Assembly (NCBI GenBank): GCA_963662335.2
Contig: CAXXVD010000002.1
Coordinates: forward strand, 608,001 to 672,000
Reading direction: 5' to 3'
DNA length: 64,000 nt
Source of the DNA: Chloroflexota bacterium
GTDB taxonomy: Bacteria; Chloroflexota; UBA11872; VXOZ01
The notes beneath the pieces were generated by a model. It searched no databases. It was not told the origin of the DNA and was given only the letters and a program-made list of their open reading frames with translations. Of the stretch, positions 1 to 10,477 are shown piece by piece (within the stretch, counting starts at the first letter, position 1; each line of letters opens with the position of its first letter). The translations under genes were made by a program, and so were the position numbers.

Positions 1-149
1 CCGGCACGCCCAGCCGGTGCTTGCGACAGCCGCCAACGCGCGCCGCTGGCGTGAAGGCATAAGCCAAGCCCCCGCAGTATCATGTTGGCCGGCGTTGGCG
101 TGCGCGCCGCCAGGGGCCTGCGGCAGCAGCGGCAGGCGCGGGCGTCGGC

Positions 150-1148
150 CTAGCCGCCGATTTGGGACATGGTGCGATTGGCGCGTTGGAAGAACTCGCC
201 CTCGTTGATGCGGTGCTTGAGTTCTTTCTGCCAAATGGCGGCGCGAATGAGGCGCTCGAGTTCGTCGTCGCTGGCGCCGTCGCGCAGCGGCAGGCGCAGG
301 TCGGTTTCGCGCACCGAGAAGAGGCAGGTGCGGAGCATGCCCTCCGCCGTCAGGCGGATGCGGTTGCACGCGGCGCAGAAGGGTTCGCTGACGGGATTGA
401 TGAAGCCGATCTCGCCGTTGCCGTCGGCAAAGCGATAGACCCGCGAGGTCGAGGAGGGGTCGGTGGGTACCGGCAGCAGCGGCACGGGCATGGCGTCGTT
501 TATCATGCCCAGTATCTCGCGTCCCGTGAGCACCTTCTCTTCGCGCCAGATGCCGTCAGCGTCCAGCGGCATGAACTCGATGAAGCGCACCACGTAGGGC
601 TTGCGCCGCGCCAGTTTGGCAAACGCCACCACCTCGCGCTCGGTGAACCCGCGAATGCCGACGCAGTTCAGCTTGATTGGGCTAATTGACGGGTATTTCT
701 CCAGTTCTTCCAGGCCTGCCAGCACGGCATCGAGGGCATTCCGGCGCGTAATGTAGGCAAACTGCTCCGGCGCCAGGCTGTCCAGGCTCACGTTGATGCG
801 GGTCAGGCCGGCGTCCGCCAGCGGCTTTGCCAACGAGGTGAGGCGGAAGCCGTTGGTGGTGATGGAGAGACTTTCCAGGCCGTCAATCAGGCGCAGGCGG
901 CCGATGAGGTACGCCAGGTCTTTGCGCACCGTGGGCTCGCCGCCGGTGATGCGCACGTCGCGAATGCCGAGCCGGACGAAGAGCCGCGCCAGCCGCTCGA
1001 CCTCTTCGTAGGTCAGGATCTCGTCGCGCGGCGCCCACTGCATCATCTCTTCCGGCATGCAGTAGCGGCAACGAAAGTTGCAGCGGTCGGTTATCGAGAT
1101 GCGCAGATTTTCGATCTGCCGCCCAAAGCTGTCGATCAGCGGCTGCAT
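150..1148 (-). CDS. moaA: GTP 3',8-cyclase (Moco biosynthesis radical SAM)
   Basis: LRISITDRCNFRCRYC radical-SAM motif, C-terminal CxxC...C, and MSQIGG end; start moved to MQPLIDSFGR. Confidence 0.95.
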   Translation of the reverse strand: MQPLIDSFGRQIENLRISITDRCNFRCRYCMPEEMMQWAPRDEILTYEEVERLARLFVRLGIRDVRITGGEPTVRKDLAYLIGRLRLIDGLESLSITTNGFRLTSLAKPLADAGLTRINVSLDSLAPEQFAYITRRNALDAVLAGLEELEKYPSISPIKLNCVGIRGFTEREVVAFAKLARRKPYVVRFIEFMPLDADGIWREEKVLTGREILGMINDAMPVPLLPVPTDPSSTSRVYRFADGNGEIGFINPVSEPFCAACNRIRLTAEGMLRTCLFSVRETDLRLPLRDGASDDELERLIRAAIWQKELKHRINEGEFFQRANRTMSQIGG

Positions 1149-1238
1149 CCAAAATTCTCCGGCTTGCGAGTCTGCCTGGCAACCGTGCGCCCAGGCGCAA
1201 TCTTCGCCCCACGTCACATTATAGCGCAGAACCGCCGT

Positions 1239-2645
1239 TCATGAGAGCAGAAACGCCAGCGCATCCCTAACGACGTCGTCCTGCTCCGGCGGCACCGTGC
1301 GCGGGTCGAGAAAGAGCGCGTCGTCTGCGATACGCGCCACGAGCGGCGGCGTGGTGGCGCGGAGCCGGCTTGCCAGCGCCTCCGCTGATCTACCGGCGGC
1401 GGCGATGCGGAGCGCCCAGGTTGGCAGCGTTTCACCGGGGAGCGCGCCGCCGCCGATCGTCGATTCCGCCGCTACCACCGCCGTCGAAAGACTGGGGTTG
1501 TAGCTGTCGGGAACCGCGCGTTGCCAGGCGCGCGCGCGCCGCCTCAGCCGGTCCGGAGCGGCGGCGATCATCTGCCAGACCGGAACGTGCGCCGGGGCCT
1601 CGCGCTTGCGGTAATGCAGGAGCGTGGCTTCCAGGCCCGCGATGGTGGCCTTATCGAGGCGGAGTGCGCGGGCGAGCGGGTGCCGTTTCATGGCGGCAAT
1701 CAGTTCGCTGCGGCCTACAAGCAAACCGGCTTGCGGCCCGCCGAGCAGCTTGTCGCCGGAAAAGGTCACCACGGCGCAGCCGGCGGCGAGCGTCTCCGGC
1801 ACGGTTGGCTCCCGGCGCAGGCCGTATGCGGCCGTGTCGAGCAGCGAGCCGCTGCCGAGGTCGGAGAGAACGGGAATGCTGTGTTGCGCCGCGCCTTCCA
1901 CGAGGGCCTCCAGCGCGGGCGCGTGGGTAAAGCCGACGACCCGGAAGTTGCTGGAGTGCACGCGCAGGATCGCGGCGGTGGCGGGTGTGATGGCGTGTAG
2001 ATAGTCTTCCACGTAGGTGCGGTTGGTTGTGCCGACTTCCACCAGGCGCGCGCCGCTCTGCGCGAGCACGTCGGGAATGCGGAAGCCGCCGCCGATTTCA
2101 ACCGCTTCGCCGCGCGAGACGATGACCTCTTTGCCGGCCGCCAGCGCGCTCAGCGCCAGGAGGACGGCGGCGGCGTTGTTGTTGACCGCCAGCGCGTCTT
2201 CCGCGCCGCAAAGCCCGGCGAGCGTGTCAACCAGGTGCGTGTAGCGGGAGCCGCGCGCGCCGTCGGTGACGTCGAATTCGAGATTGCTGTAGCCCGCGCT
2301 CACCGCGCTCATTGCCGCGATGGCGGCCCGGCTCAAAGGCGCGCGCCCCAGGTTGGTGTGCAGAATGACGCCGGTGGCGTTGATCAGCGGGCGGAGAGAC
2401 GGCCGGAACCGGTGGACGGCTTCGCGTTGGAGGTCCTCGGCTAAGTCGTCGAGCGTAGGCGCCCGTTCGTCTGCGAGGATGTCGGCCCGGGCCGCTTCCA
2501 GCACGTCGCGCGCCAGTTCCACCTGAGTCTCGTGGGGAAGATCAAGCTCCAGAGCCTGCACGGCGGGCGCGAGCAGCAGGCGGTCTACGCTGGGTAGCTG
2601 GCGGAGGGCGTGCCTACGCGCCGTACTTTGCGAGTTTTTGCGCAT
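1239..2645 (-). CDS. selA: L-seryl-tRNA(Sec) selenium transferase
   Basis: INATGVILHTNLGRA, VNNNAAA, EVGTTNRT and FSGDKLLGGPQAG motifs; start uncertain because it overlaps apgM. Confidence 0.95.
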   Translation of the reverse strand: MRKNSQSTARRHALRQLPSVDRLLLAPAVQALELDLPHETQVELARDVLEAARADILADERAPTLDDLAEDLQREAVHRFRPSLRPLINATGVILHTNLGRAPLSRAAIAAMSAVSAGYSNLEFDVTDGARGSRYTHLVDTLAGLCGAEDALAVNNNAAAVLLALSALAAGKEVIVSRGEAVEIGGGFRIPDVLAQSGARLVEVGTTNRTYVEDYLHAITPATAAILRVHSSNFRVVGFTHAPALEALVEGAAQHSIPVLSDLGSGSLLDTAAYGLRREPTVPETLAAGCAVVTFSGDKLLGGPQAGLLVGRSELIAAMKRHPLARALRLDKATIAGLEATLLHYRKREAPAHVPVWQMIAAAPDRLRRRARAWQRAVPDSYNPSLSTAVVAAESTIGGGALPGETLPTWALRIAAAGRSAEALASRLRATTPPLVARIADDALFLDPRTVPPEQDDVVRDALAFLLS

Positions 2646-3819
2646 GGCCCATCGCCAGCAGCATCGCGTCCTGGGCGGGAAAGCGGCCCAGGCTGCCCCG
2701 CACGAGCGCGCGTTCCGTGAATTCCCCGATGTCGTCGCTAATGCAGGTGTCGCTATGGAGCGCGAACGGAACCGGATGCCAGGAGTGTCCGCTGAGCGCC
2801 GAGGGTGAGGAGTGGTCGCCGGTGATGATGAAGACGTCCGGCCGGAGGCGGAGCAGAGCGGGAACCAGGCTGTCTATCTCTTCCAGCACTTGCACCTTCT
2901 GGTTGAAGTCGCCGTCTTCGCCCGCGGTGTCGGTGGCTTTGACGTGAAAGTAGAAGAAGTCGTAATCGTCCCAGCACTGCTGCAGGGTCTCGAACTCGTC
3001 CCAGATCGTGTTGCCGGTTTCTACCACGTCCATACCCACCAGCTTGGCCAGGCCGCGGTACATGGGGTAGGCGGCGATAGCGGCCGGCGAGAGCTTGTAG
3101 ATTTCCGGCAGGGTTGGTATGGCGGGCATGCTGGCGGCCCCGCGCAGCAGCAGGGCGTTGGCGGGATCCTGGTCTTGCAGCACCATGAAGGCTTCGTTCA
3201 GAAAGCCATTGACGATCTGCGCCGTCGGCGTGGCGTTCTCGTCCAGCGGCGCGGCGGCGCGCGGCGGGACGCCGGTGCGCTGCGGATCGGTGTCGGTTAC
3301 GCGGTCGGAGAGGCCCTCGCCGCGCAGGACGACCAGGGCGCGGTGCCCGGACTCGGTCTCGACGAATACCTCGACCTCGGAGAGGTGAATGTGCCGCAGC
3401 AGCGCGCAGAGTTCGCGGTTGAGTTCGGTGGCCAGCCGACCGGCGCGGCGGTCGGTAATCTCGCCGTTGCCGTCGATGGTGGCAAAATTGGCGCGAAAGC
3501 AGACGTCAAGCGGTCCAATCGGAAAGTCGATGCCCAGCGCGGAGAGCACGCCCCGGCCAATGTCGAATTCAAGCGGGTCGTAGCCAAAGAGCGCCAGGTG
3601 CGAGGGGCCGCTGCCGGGCGTGATGCCGGGGGCAATCGGATCGGTGACGCCGCAGATGGAGAGGCCGGCAAAGCGATCCAGGTTGGGGATGCGCGCCACT
3701 TCCAACTCGGATTGGCCGACCTCCGGGTGCGGCATGCCGCCTAAGCCATCCAAGATGAGAAAGAGTATCTTGGAGGGCGTCTGCTGCGATAGCTCTTGAA
3801 TGAGCGACAACGGTACCAC
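2614..3819 (-). CDS. apgM: 2,3-BPG-independent phosphoglycerate mutase (archaeal type)
   Basis: ILDGLG, PGSGPSHLALFGYDP, DRRAGR, HVKATDTAGEDG and TGDHSSP motifs. Confidence 0.9.
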   Translation of the reverse strand: MVPLSLIQELSQQTPSKILFLILDGLGGMPHPEVGQSELEVARIPNLDRFAGLSICGVTDPIAPGITPGSGPSHLALFGYDPLEFDIGRGVLSALGIDFPIGPLDVCFRANFATIDGNGEITDRRAGRLATELNRELCALLRHIHLSEVEVFVETESGHRALVVLRGEGLSDRVTDTDPQRTGVPPRAAAPLDENATPTAQIVNGFLNEAFMVLQDQDPANALLLRGAASMPAIPTLPEIYKLSPAAIAAYPMYRGLAKLVGMDVVETGNTIWDEFETLQQCWDDYDFFYFHVKATDTAGEDGDFNQKVQVLEEIDSLVPALLRLRPDVFIITGDHSSPSALSGHSWHPVPFALHSDTCISDDIGEFTERALVRGSLGRFPAQDAMLLAMGHAQKLAKYGA

Positions 3820-3908
3820 GAGGACTTCCTGCCGTCAGATGCGCAACCGTTCCACCCGCCATGCTAGCAGTTGGGGGCGGCGCTGTCTATGCTGTGCTTT
3901 GGGCAACT

Positions 3909-4367
3909 GTAGCGCGGGGGCTTGTCCCCCGCTTGGATCTCCGCCGGGGCTTCAAGATGGATTCCCGCTTTCGCGGGAATGACGGAGTTGCTACACGCTC
4001 AATCCGCCGTTCACTCTTCGACGCTGCTCAGAGCCTGCCCCGTACGTGATACGGGGGCGAACGGCTCGGTTTCGCTATTTCATGCAAATGACGGAGCGTA
4101 GCGCGGGGGCTTGTCCCCCGCCTGGACGAGGATAGGCGCGTCGTGTCCCCGGTAGGGGGTTGTGCAACCTGCGCCGCTCCGGCGTCTTTCTTTTCCGTTT
4201 CCCTTGGCCCGGCGGGGGACAAGCCCCCGCGCTACGTCCTCGGGTAGGGCGGATTTTACAACCTGCGCCGCTCCGGCATTGCGGCTGGCCTTTGCTGCGC
4301 CGGTTTGCTTTGCGGCTAGGCGGAGGCAAGATACCCTCACCCTAACCCTCTCCCAGAGGGAGAGGGG
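3909..4367. repeat. Cluster of palindromic REP-like repeats
   Basis: GTAGCGCGGGGGCTTGTCCCCCGC at 3909, 4098 (+) and 4212 (-); ATTCCCGCTTTCGCGGGAATGACGG at 3961; CCCTCACCCTAACCCTCTCCC..GGGAGAGGG at ~4334. Confidence 0.9.
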
Positions 4368-4427
4368 ACAAGATTAGGCTATTTAGCTGCCGTGGGACGA
4401 GGATAGGGGCGCTGCTGTCGTGTTTGG

Positions 4428-4898
4428 CTACGAGCACTGCTGGAGCGCGGCGAAGACGTCCTCTTCATCGCGGGCGTCCAGCGGCGCGTTGACGATCTTG
4501 CCTTGGATGACGCCGCTCTTGTCGATGATGAACGTGCCGCGCGTGGCGAAACCCAATTCATCCAGGAAGACGCCGTACTGCTGGGCCACGCCGCCGTGGG
4601 GCCAGAAGTCGGCCAGGAACGTGGCGTTGAACCCGTTCTCCTCTTTGAATGCCTTGAGCGTCCACTTGGTGTCGGTGGAGATGCCGAGAACGGCGGCGTC
4701 GCCGGCGTCGTAGCGGCCGGCATTGCCGGTCATGCCGGCAAACTCGCCGTGGCAGATACTGCTGAACGCGCCCACGTAGAACACGAGCACGACGTTCTGC
4801 TTGCCGCGAAAGTCGGAGAGGGTGACCTCCTCGTCGTCCTGGTTGACCAGTGTGAAGTCCGGCGCTACTTGGCCGACTTCGGTGCCTACTGCTGACAC
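4428..4898 (-). CDS. Peroxiredoxin (AhpC/TSA family, AhpE-like)
   Basis: APDFTL...VVLVFY.AFSSIC, DFWPHG and [10 protein letters not shown] motifs; GTG start after AAGGAGG. Confidence 0.88.
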   Translation of the reverse strand: MSAVGTEVGQVAPDFTLVNQDDEEVTLSDFRGKQNVVLVFYVGAFSSICHGEFAGMTGNAGRYDAGDAAVLGISTDTKWTLKAFKEENGFNATFLADFWPHGGVAQQYGVFLDELGFATRGTFIIDKSGVIQGKIVNAPLDARDEEDVFAALQQCS

Positions 4899-5025
4899 GG
4901 TGTTGCCTCCTTGGGCTTTGCTCGCTCTCTTGTTGCCGGCGTTGCCGGTGCGCGGCGCTTTGCCGCCGGCACAGGCTCTAACCACTGACTGTATTCTACG
5001 CAAGTTCACGCATTTGGGAAAGCGC

Positions 5026-5265
5026 TCAGTCACGCCGGGCGGCGTGATGTTGACCCGAACCCCTGAGGGCCCAGACCAGGACGACGAGCCACGATAGAAT
5101 GAGCCAACCGAGAGTCAGACTTATGATGAGAATCGCTTCCGCTCTGGGATGCCCACGCTTGAGCGCAATGATGAACGGCAGAAAATAGACCAAAATGCCG
5201 ACAGACACCATGATGGGAACCAAGATGACCCAGCCGATTGTGGATATGCCAACGTCGCTATTCAC
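5026..5265 (-). CDS. Superinfection immunity (Imm)-like small membrane protein, 79 aa
   Basis: [13 protein letters not shown]...[10 protein letters not shown]....W...LVWA pattern; GTG start after AGGAG. Confidence 0.75.
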   Translation of the reverse strand: MNSDVGISTIGWVILVPIMVSVGILVYFLPFIIALKRGHPRAEAILIISLTLGWLILSWLVVLVWALRGSGQHHAARRD

Positions 5266-5294
5266 GGGCGCTCTCCTGAATGTGATCGACACCG

Positions 5295-7652
5295 CTACTC
5301 GCCGGCAAAGTCGACGAACACCGGGCTTGACCACGCCATTTCCATGTCGGTTTGCACGATGCGCACCCAATAAGGGTTTACGCCCGGTTGCGGCGCGGGA
5401 TCGGTGAACGTGAACGCGGCGGTTTCCGCGCCGTGCGCTTGCGGTGCGAGCGAGACGGCAACGGCGCGGTCGAGCGGCCCTAGCGCGAACTCCTGCGCGC
5501 CCGCGGCCAGTTCCGCGAGAGACACGCTGCAAGCGAGGGACTCGGCGGGAGAGTGGGCGAGAATCTGCGGCCCGGCCGCGCCGTACGCGCCAAAGCGCGG
5601 CCGGCTGATGAGGGCGGAATTCACGGCAAGGTCGAGGATAGCGCGCCCGGTGTCTGCGAGAGTCAACACCACGCCGCTGCGGTAGCCGCACGTCACGGAG
5701 TGCCATTTGAGGCCGTGCTCGGTAACGTCCAAAAGATGTGAACGCGGGCTGTCGAAGCGGAGCGTGTCCGCCGCGAGGATGGCGCCGTCGCGGATAGTGG
5801 CCGCGCCGTCCCAGATCACGCCGGAGTAGCTGGACGTGCGGCTCGCGCCGCGCCAGAGAATGCGCACCCGCTGGGGGTCGGGCGCAATATCCAGGGGATG
5901 CGCGTATATGCGCTCCAAGCCGCGGTAGAGTTCGATGCTTTCCAGCGGAGCGGTACCGGTAACGGAGACCGCGACGGTTGGCGGCGCGGACGACGTGTAG
6001 GCCGCGCCCATGGGGTGGCTATCCGCGTCCACGCGCAGGATAATCCGTGCGCCGGTGGTCGCGTAGCAGCGGCGCGCCTGCAGCGCCGCGAAGAACGCCT
6101 CCAGCGTGAGGTCGGCGGCATAGATGCCGGTCAGCCCGGCCTGCGCGTAGCGGCGCGGCTGGTAGCCGGGGGTGTCCGTGCCGGGGCGTCCCGTGTGGCT
6201 GTCGCTGCCGCCCAGGAATCCGACCGTATAGCGGCGCGCCAGCGCCTCCTCCAGGAACCACTCGAAGCTGCCGTGGGTGGACGTAATCTCGATGGCGGGT
6301 TCGATAGCGGGTTCATGATAGGAGAGGTCCGCGTGCGCGCCGCCCACGTGGGGCGTGATGAGCGCGTCGCTATGGCGGTAGGCGGCGTAGAGGTCGCGTA
6401 CGTGGGGGAGGTCGGTGTCGACGTCCGACTTGTCGGCAACTTGCGCGTGGCTGTTGCGTCGGAGCGGCTGGTTGTGGCGGCGGAAGTAGACGTTGTGATG
6501 CCCGCCGCGCGCCGTTTCCGGCGACCACTCGAAGCCGGGCAGCGGCACGAAGCGGCCAGGCTCCGCAAAGGCGGCCTCAGCCTCCTGCTGCGCGCGCCAA
6601 TCTGCCGCCGAGATCATGTGGTCGTTGCGCTGGTAGCCCACAAAGTCCAGCGCGGCTACGTCACGGGCATAGCGGAAGAAATCGGGGATTTTCTCCGCCA
6701 AGGCGACCTGGCCGCCGTGCGGGTCGGCCCAAAAGAGAGAGTGCGGCGGCGGCTGTTCCGCGCAGAGCATGGGATTGCTGTGCGTTGCGAGGCCGCGCTG
6801 CGCGTCTTCCACGCGGATGCGGTGCGTGCCGGGACGGGTGGCCGTACAGTTCTCGATAACGCGGACGCCGCCGTCTTTGGGATGAAAGGTGACATACTGT
6901 GCCGCGGCGGTGGTTTCCCGCTTTCGCGGGAATGACGGAGTAGGGTCAAGGGACGGGTCGGCGCTGCTGGACGGGTTGGCGGCGCCGGGCGGGTCAGCGG
7001 CGCGGGGTGAGTCTGTCGCGCCGGGCGGGTCGGGTATGTGGATGCTCTCCGCGCGCAGGGCGAGCGTGCCTTGGTAGTCGTGCGCGGGATTGCCCCAGGC
7101 GTCTTCCACGCGCACCAGCAGGCGGAACGGCCGGCCGGCAACCACGCTCGAAGGCGCGACGGCGACCAGTTTGCGCGCCGCGCCGCCCACGATGGTGAGA
7201 TGCGGCGAGTCCGGCAGCGTCACGAACCGGCCGTCGCCCGCGGCGTCGACGGCGACCCAGAAGTAGCGCTTGGCCTCCTGAAAGGTCTGCGCGCGCGACC
7301 CCGGCCCGCCGCCGCTGCGGTCGCCGTAGGTCACGGTGACGGTTTCGCCGGGACGCAACGGCCGCCCGTGCACGCGCAGGCGCAGCGACTTGATGTCCTC
7401 GACCACCACGTCGAGGCGGGCCTCAGGCGGAGCGTGCACGGTCAGGTATTCGGCGCGGGCGGGAGCGGTCACCTGGGGCAGTCCCCAGTCGGTGTCCGAA
7501 TCCGTAGAGATGCGGATTGCGCCGCCGCTTGCGACGCCGGCAGCGCCCACGGTATAGCGGAGGCGCCACGTGCCGTACGTGCCGGCAACGACGGGAGCGC
7601 TTGGCTCGAGCGTAGCGGCGCCGTGCTGCTCGTGAATGTTGACGCTGGCCAT
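5295..7652 (-). CDS. DUF3604/PHP-like metallohydrolase domain protein
   Basis: FWADPHG, GFEWS...GHHNVYF, GFLGGSDSH and WSSPVF motifs; start at MASVNIHEQ. Confidence 0.7.
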   Translation of the reverse strand: MASVNIHEQHGAATLEPSAPVVAGTYGTWRLRYTVGAAGVASGGAIRISTDSDTDWGLPQVTAPARAEYLTVHAPPEARLDVVVEDIKSLRLRVHGRPLRPGETVTVTYGDRSGGGPGSRAQTFQEAKRYFWVAVDAAGDGRFVTLPDSPHLTIVGGAARKLVAVAPSSVVAGRPFRLLVRVEDAWGNPAHDYQGTLALRAESIHIPDPPGATDSPRAADPPGAANPSSSADPSLDPTPSFPRKRETTAAAQYVTFHPKDGGVRVIENCTATRPGTHRIRVEDAQRGLATHSNPMLCAEQPPPHSLFWADPHGGQVALAEKIPDFFRYARDVAALDFVGYQRNDHMISAADWRAQQEAEAAFAEPGRFVPLPGFEWSPETARGGHHNVYFRRHNQPLRRNSHAQVADKSDVDTDLPHVRDLYAAYRHSDALITPHVGGAHADLSYHEPAIEPAIEITSTHGSFEWFLEEALARRYTVGFLGGSDSHTGRPGTDTPGYQPRRYAQAGLTGIYAADLTLEAFFAALQARRCYATTGARIILRVDADSHPMGAAYTSSAPPTVAVSVTGTAPLESIELYRGLERIYAHPLDIAPDPQRVRILWRGASRTSSYSGVIWDGAATIRDGAILAADTLRFDSPRSHLLDVTEHGLKWHSVTCGYRSGVVLTLADTGRAILDLAVNSALISRPRFGAYGAAGPQILAHSPAESLACSVSLAELAAGAQEFALGPLDRAVAVSLAPQAHGAETAAFTFTDPAPQPGVNPYWVRIVQTDMEMAWSSPVFVDFAGE

Positions 7653-7784
7653 TGTATGCGGCCCACCCTTGCCTCGTTTGAAGCGGCTGCGGAGGACGCT
7701 GGTAGTGTACAACGAAAGCGGATGCGGTGTCAGGGAAGCCGCACGTTCGCGGGGACGGCATACGCACAGTGCTCCGCCAGTCCT

Positions 7785-8066
7785 GCCCTTCGACAGGCTC
7801 AGGGCGAACGGGAAGGATGGGTGTCCGTTCGTGCTTAGTGTCCATTTGTGCTGAGTGTCCGTTCGTGCTGAGCTTGTCGAAGCACAGTTCGGCGCGTCAA
7901 GCCGAATTGTGACGTGCGTTCTTTGTGCTGTGACGGAGAGTTATGCGTGACGCTATCGCGCCAAGAAGCGGGGGACAAGCCCCCGCGCTACGCAAATGCG
8001 ACCACACGAGGGACAAGCCCCCGCGCTACGCAAATGCGACCACACTAGGGACAAGCCCCATCGCTA
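7785..8066. repeat. CCGTTCGTGCTGAGC..GTCGAAG-type palindromes plus a 38-bp tandem array of the GTAG-REP
   Basis: CTTCGACAGGCTCAGGGCGAACGG and CCGTTCGTGCTGAGCTTGTCGAAGCAC; GGGACAAGCCCCCGCGCTACGCAAATGCGACCACAC twice plus a degenerate third REP (7968-8066). Confidence 0.85.
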
Positions 8067-8246
8067 CGCCGTGCTGGCGCGGGTTGGCCGTACACGTGGC
8101 AAGACGACGTTAAGCGCGGCAAAGCGCGTGGTGTCATTTGAAGATTCGGCGGCTGTTGGCTAGACTGAAATTAAGCAACGTAGTGTGACCGATACGTGTC
8201 GCGAGGCCGGAATGAGCGGTCTACGCCAGCAATGAAGGGAGCCGGT

Positions 8247-10307
8247 ATGGCCCAGGGGATGCCGTGGTACGATCAATTCGTGCGTTTTGGACAGGTGGCG
8301 CTGCATGAGGCTGATCCGCCGCACGTAGACGTTGGCTGGTGGCAGGAGCGCTGGCAGGAGAGCGGCCTCGGCGGCGTGGCGGTGAGCGCCGGCGGTGTCC
8401 TGGCTTTCTATCCCACGACGGTGCCTTTTCACCGGCGGAGCCGTTGGCTGGGCGAGCGCGACGTCTTTGGGGAGTTAGTGGAGGCCGCCAAGCAGCAAGA
8501 CCTCATCGTGCTGGCGCGTATCGATCCCAGTCTCGCCCACGAAGACCTCTACTATACCCATGCCGATTGGTTCATGGTAGACCACGCCGGCAAGCCGCGC
8601 CGGTCGCACGACCTCTACTACACGTGCGTCAATTCGCCGTACTACCGGGAATATCTGCCGGCCATCGTCCGCGAAATTGGCGAGCGGTATCCGGTGGATG
8701 GCTTCTTCGGCCACAATTGGCAGGGGCACCGGGCGATTTGCTACTGCACCTACTGCGAGCGGCGCTACGCGCGGGAGGCGGAGATGCGCTTGCCCAGGCC
8801 GATGGGCCAGCCGGCGCGGGAGGACGAAGAGCGCGCGCAGCGGGGATGGCAGCGCTGGCGCCGGGAAGTGGATGAGGAATTGTGGAGCTTTCTGGAGGGG
8901 GTGACGAAAGAAGCCCGGGCCGAGGCGCTCTGGGTGGGAGATACGCCGCAAGGCCGCGTGGCCTCACTGGCGGAATTCGTCGTCGCCAGGCATGACGGCG
9001 GCCGGGGAGCGCAGCCGCTGTGGGCCGCGGGTCTGGCCAGCCGCAAGGCCCAGGACATGGCCGGCCGGAATAAAGCGGCGTACGTCACCGTGAACGTGGG
9101 CAGTGGGGCAAGCGGCGAGACGCCGCCGGCTGAGATTCCGGTGACGCTGGCGGAGGTGCTGGCGCATGGCGCGTGGCCGTGGGTGAGCATGGCGGCCGTA
9201 CCGCGCGACCGGCGCACGTTCCAGGAGATGGCGCCGCTCCTTGCGTGGCGCAATCAGCATGAGCGCATCCTGGGGGGACGCCTGCCGGGCGCTACCGTGG
9301 GCGTGCTGTACGCTCCGTGCGCCGCAGCGGATGCGGTCTGCGGACTGGACGCGCACGCGCTGGGCGCATGTCTGGCGCTGCTGCGCGCGCGCATTCCATT
9401 CGACTTGGTGGAGGTGGATCGCAGCCAGTCCGGGGCGCTGGAAGACTACCGGTTGCTGCTGCTGCCTAATCTCAGCGAGCTATCCGACGGCCAGGCGCAG
9501 GAGGTGCGGCGGTTCGTGAGCGGCGGGCGCAGCGTGGTGGCGACCTTCGAAACCTCGCGCCGGGATCCCGCCGGCGGCTACCGCGCCGACTTCGGCTTGG
9601 CGGACGTATTTGGCGTCACAGCCACCGGCAGCGCGCCGCTTGAGGGACTGGATAACACCCAGTATCAAATTGGCGGCGACCACCCGATCGTCCATGACTT
9701 CGGCGATACGGTCGTGTTGCCGGCGGCGGCGCGTCTCAGTCTGGTGCAGCCCCTGGCGCGGGCGGAAACGCCCCTGGTGCTGGTGCCGCCCGCGGCCGCT
9801 ACGCCGGTTGAATATGCGCTGGCGGAATTGCCGCAGATTTCGCGCCCGGTCCTGTTCGCGCGTGAACAGGAGCAGAGCCGGATCGTCTACTTCCCAGGGG
9901 ACGTCGACCGCGCGATCTGGGAGCGAAACCATACGGATCTGGCGGTCTTGCTCGCCAGCGCGGTGCGGTGGGCGCACGGCAGCGAACTGCCGGTAACGGT
10001 GGCAGGCCCGGGGCTGGTGGACGTGGGCGTGCACGTCTACGGCAATATGCTGCAAGTGCACCTGGTCAACCTTACCAGCGCCGACGCCTGGCGAGGCTCG
10101 ATCCAGGAAGTGGTGACTGTGGGGCCGCAGGAACTCCGGGTTGTGTTGCAACCGGGCAACGCGGTGCAAGAGGCGCAGTTGCTCGTGAGCGGCGCCAGCG
10201 CCGAGTACAGCGTGCGCGACAACGTGCTGCGGATTGCGATCCCGCAGATCGAAACGCATGAATTCGTAACCGTCCGCTTTGCGGCAGAGGCCGCGCAGAC
10301 GTCTTGA
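8247..10307 (+). CDS. Putative glycoside hydrolase (GHL6-like) with GATase-like trimerization domain
   Basis: SAGG..AFYPT, DVFGELVEAA, CVNSPYY, CYCTYC and LLLPN motifs. Confidence 0.65.
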   Translation: MAQGMPWYDQFVRFGQVALHEADPPHVDVGWWQERWQESGLGGVAVSAGGVLAFYPTTVPFHRRSRWLGERDVFGELVEAAKQQDLIVLARIDPSLAHEDLYYTHADWFMVDHAGKPRRSHDLYYTCVNSPYYREYLPAIVREIGERYPVDGFFGHNWQGHRAICYCTYCERRYAREAEMRLPRPMGQPAREDEERAQRGWQRWRREVDEELWSFLEGVTKEARAEALWVGDTPQGRVASLAEFVVARHDGGRGAQPLWAAGLASRKAQDMAGRNKAAYVTVNVGSGASGETPPAEIPVTLAEVLAHGAWPWVSMAAVPRDRRTFQEMAPLLAWRNQHERILGGRLPGATVGVLYAPCAAADAVCGLDAHALGACLALLRARIPFDLVEVDRSQSGALEDYRLLLLPNLSELSDGQAQEVRRFVSGGRSVVATFETSRRDPAGGYRADFGLADVFGVTATGSAPLEGLDNTQYQIGGDHPIVHDFGDTVVLPAAARLSLVQPLARAETPLVLVPPAAATPVEYALAELPQISRPVLFAREQEQSRIVYFPGDVDRAIWERNHTDLAVLLASAVRWAHGSELPVTVAGPGLVDVGVHVYGNMLQVHLVNLTSADAWRGSIQEVVTVGPQELRVVLQPGNAVQEAQLLVSGASAEYSVRDNVLRIAIPQIETHEFVTVRFAAEAAQTS

Positions 10308-10393
10308 AGCCTAAGGTTGTGTTTGACACTTGAGGAGGGATAAACCCAAGAGAAACACGCCGCACGCTCAACCGCGTCTGTTGTTCTGAGGAG

Positions 10394-10477
10394 CCCTTCG
10401 GCAAGCTCAGGATGAACTCCGCGACGAAAGAATCCAGGACACACGGTCTAGATTCCTCGCGTTCGCTCGGAATGACA
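10394..10477. repeat. Palindromic repeats
   Basis: CCCTTCGGCAAGCTCAGG and AGATTCCTCGCGTTCGCTCGGAATGACA, both recurring elsewhere in the window. Confidence 0.75.

Noticed and set aside
1-149. Partial gene at the left edge
   Set aside because: Too short to assign a frame or product.
4028-4377. Short ORFs containing VARGLVPR or GDKPPRY
   Set aside because: They are translations of the REP palindrome, not genes; the same applies at 17352, 25181 and 57183.
7968-8066. Repeat-spacer-like array as a CRISPR
   Set aside because: The spacers are near-identical, the repeat is the dispersed GTAG-REP, and no cas genes are present.
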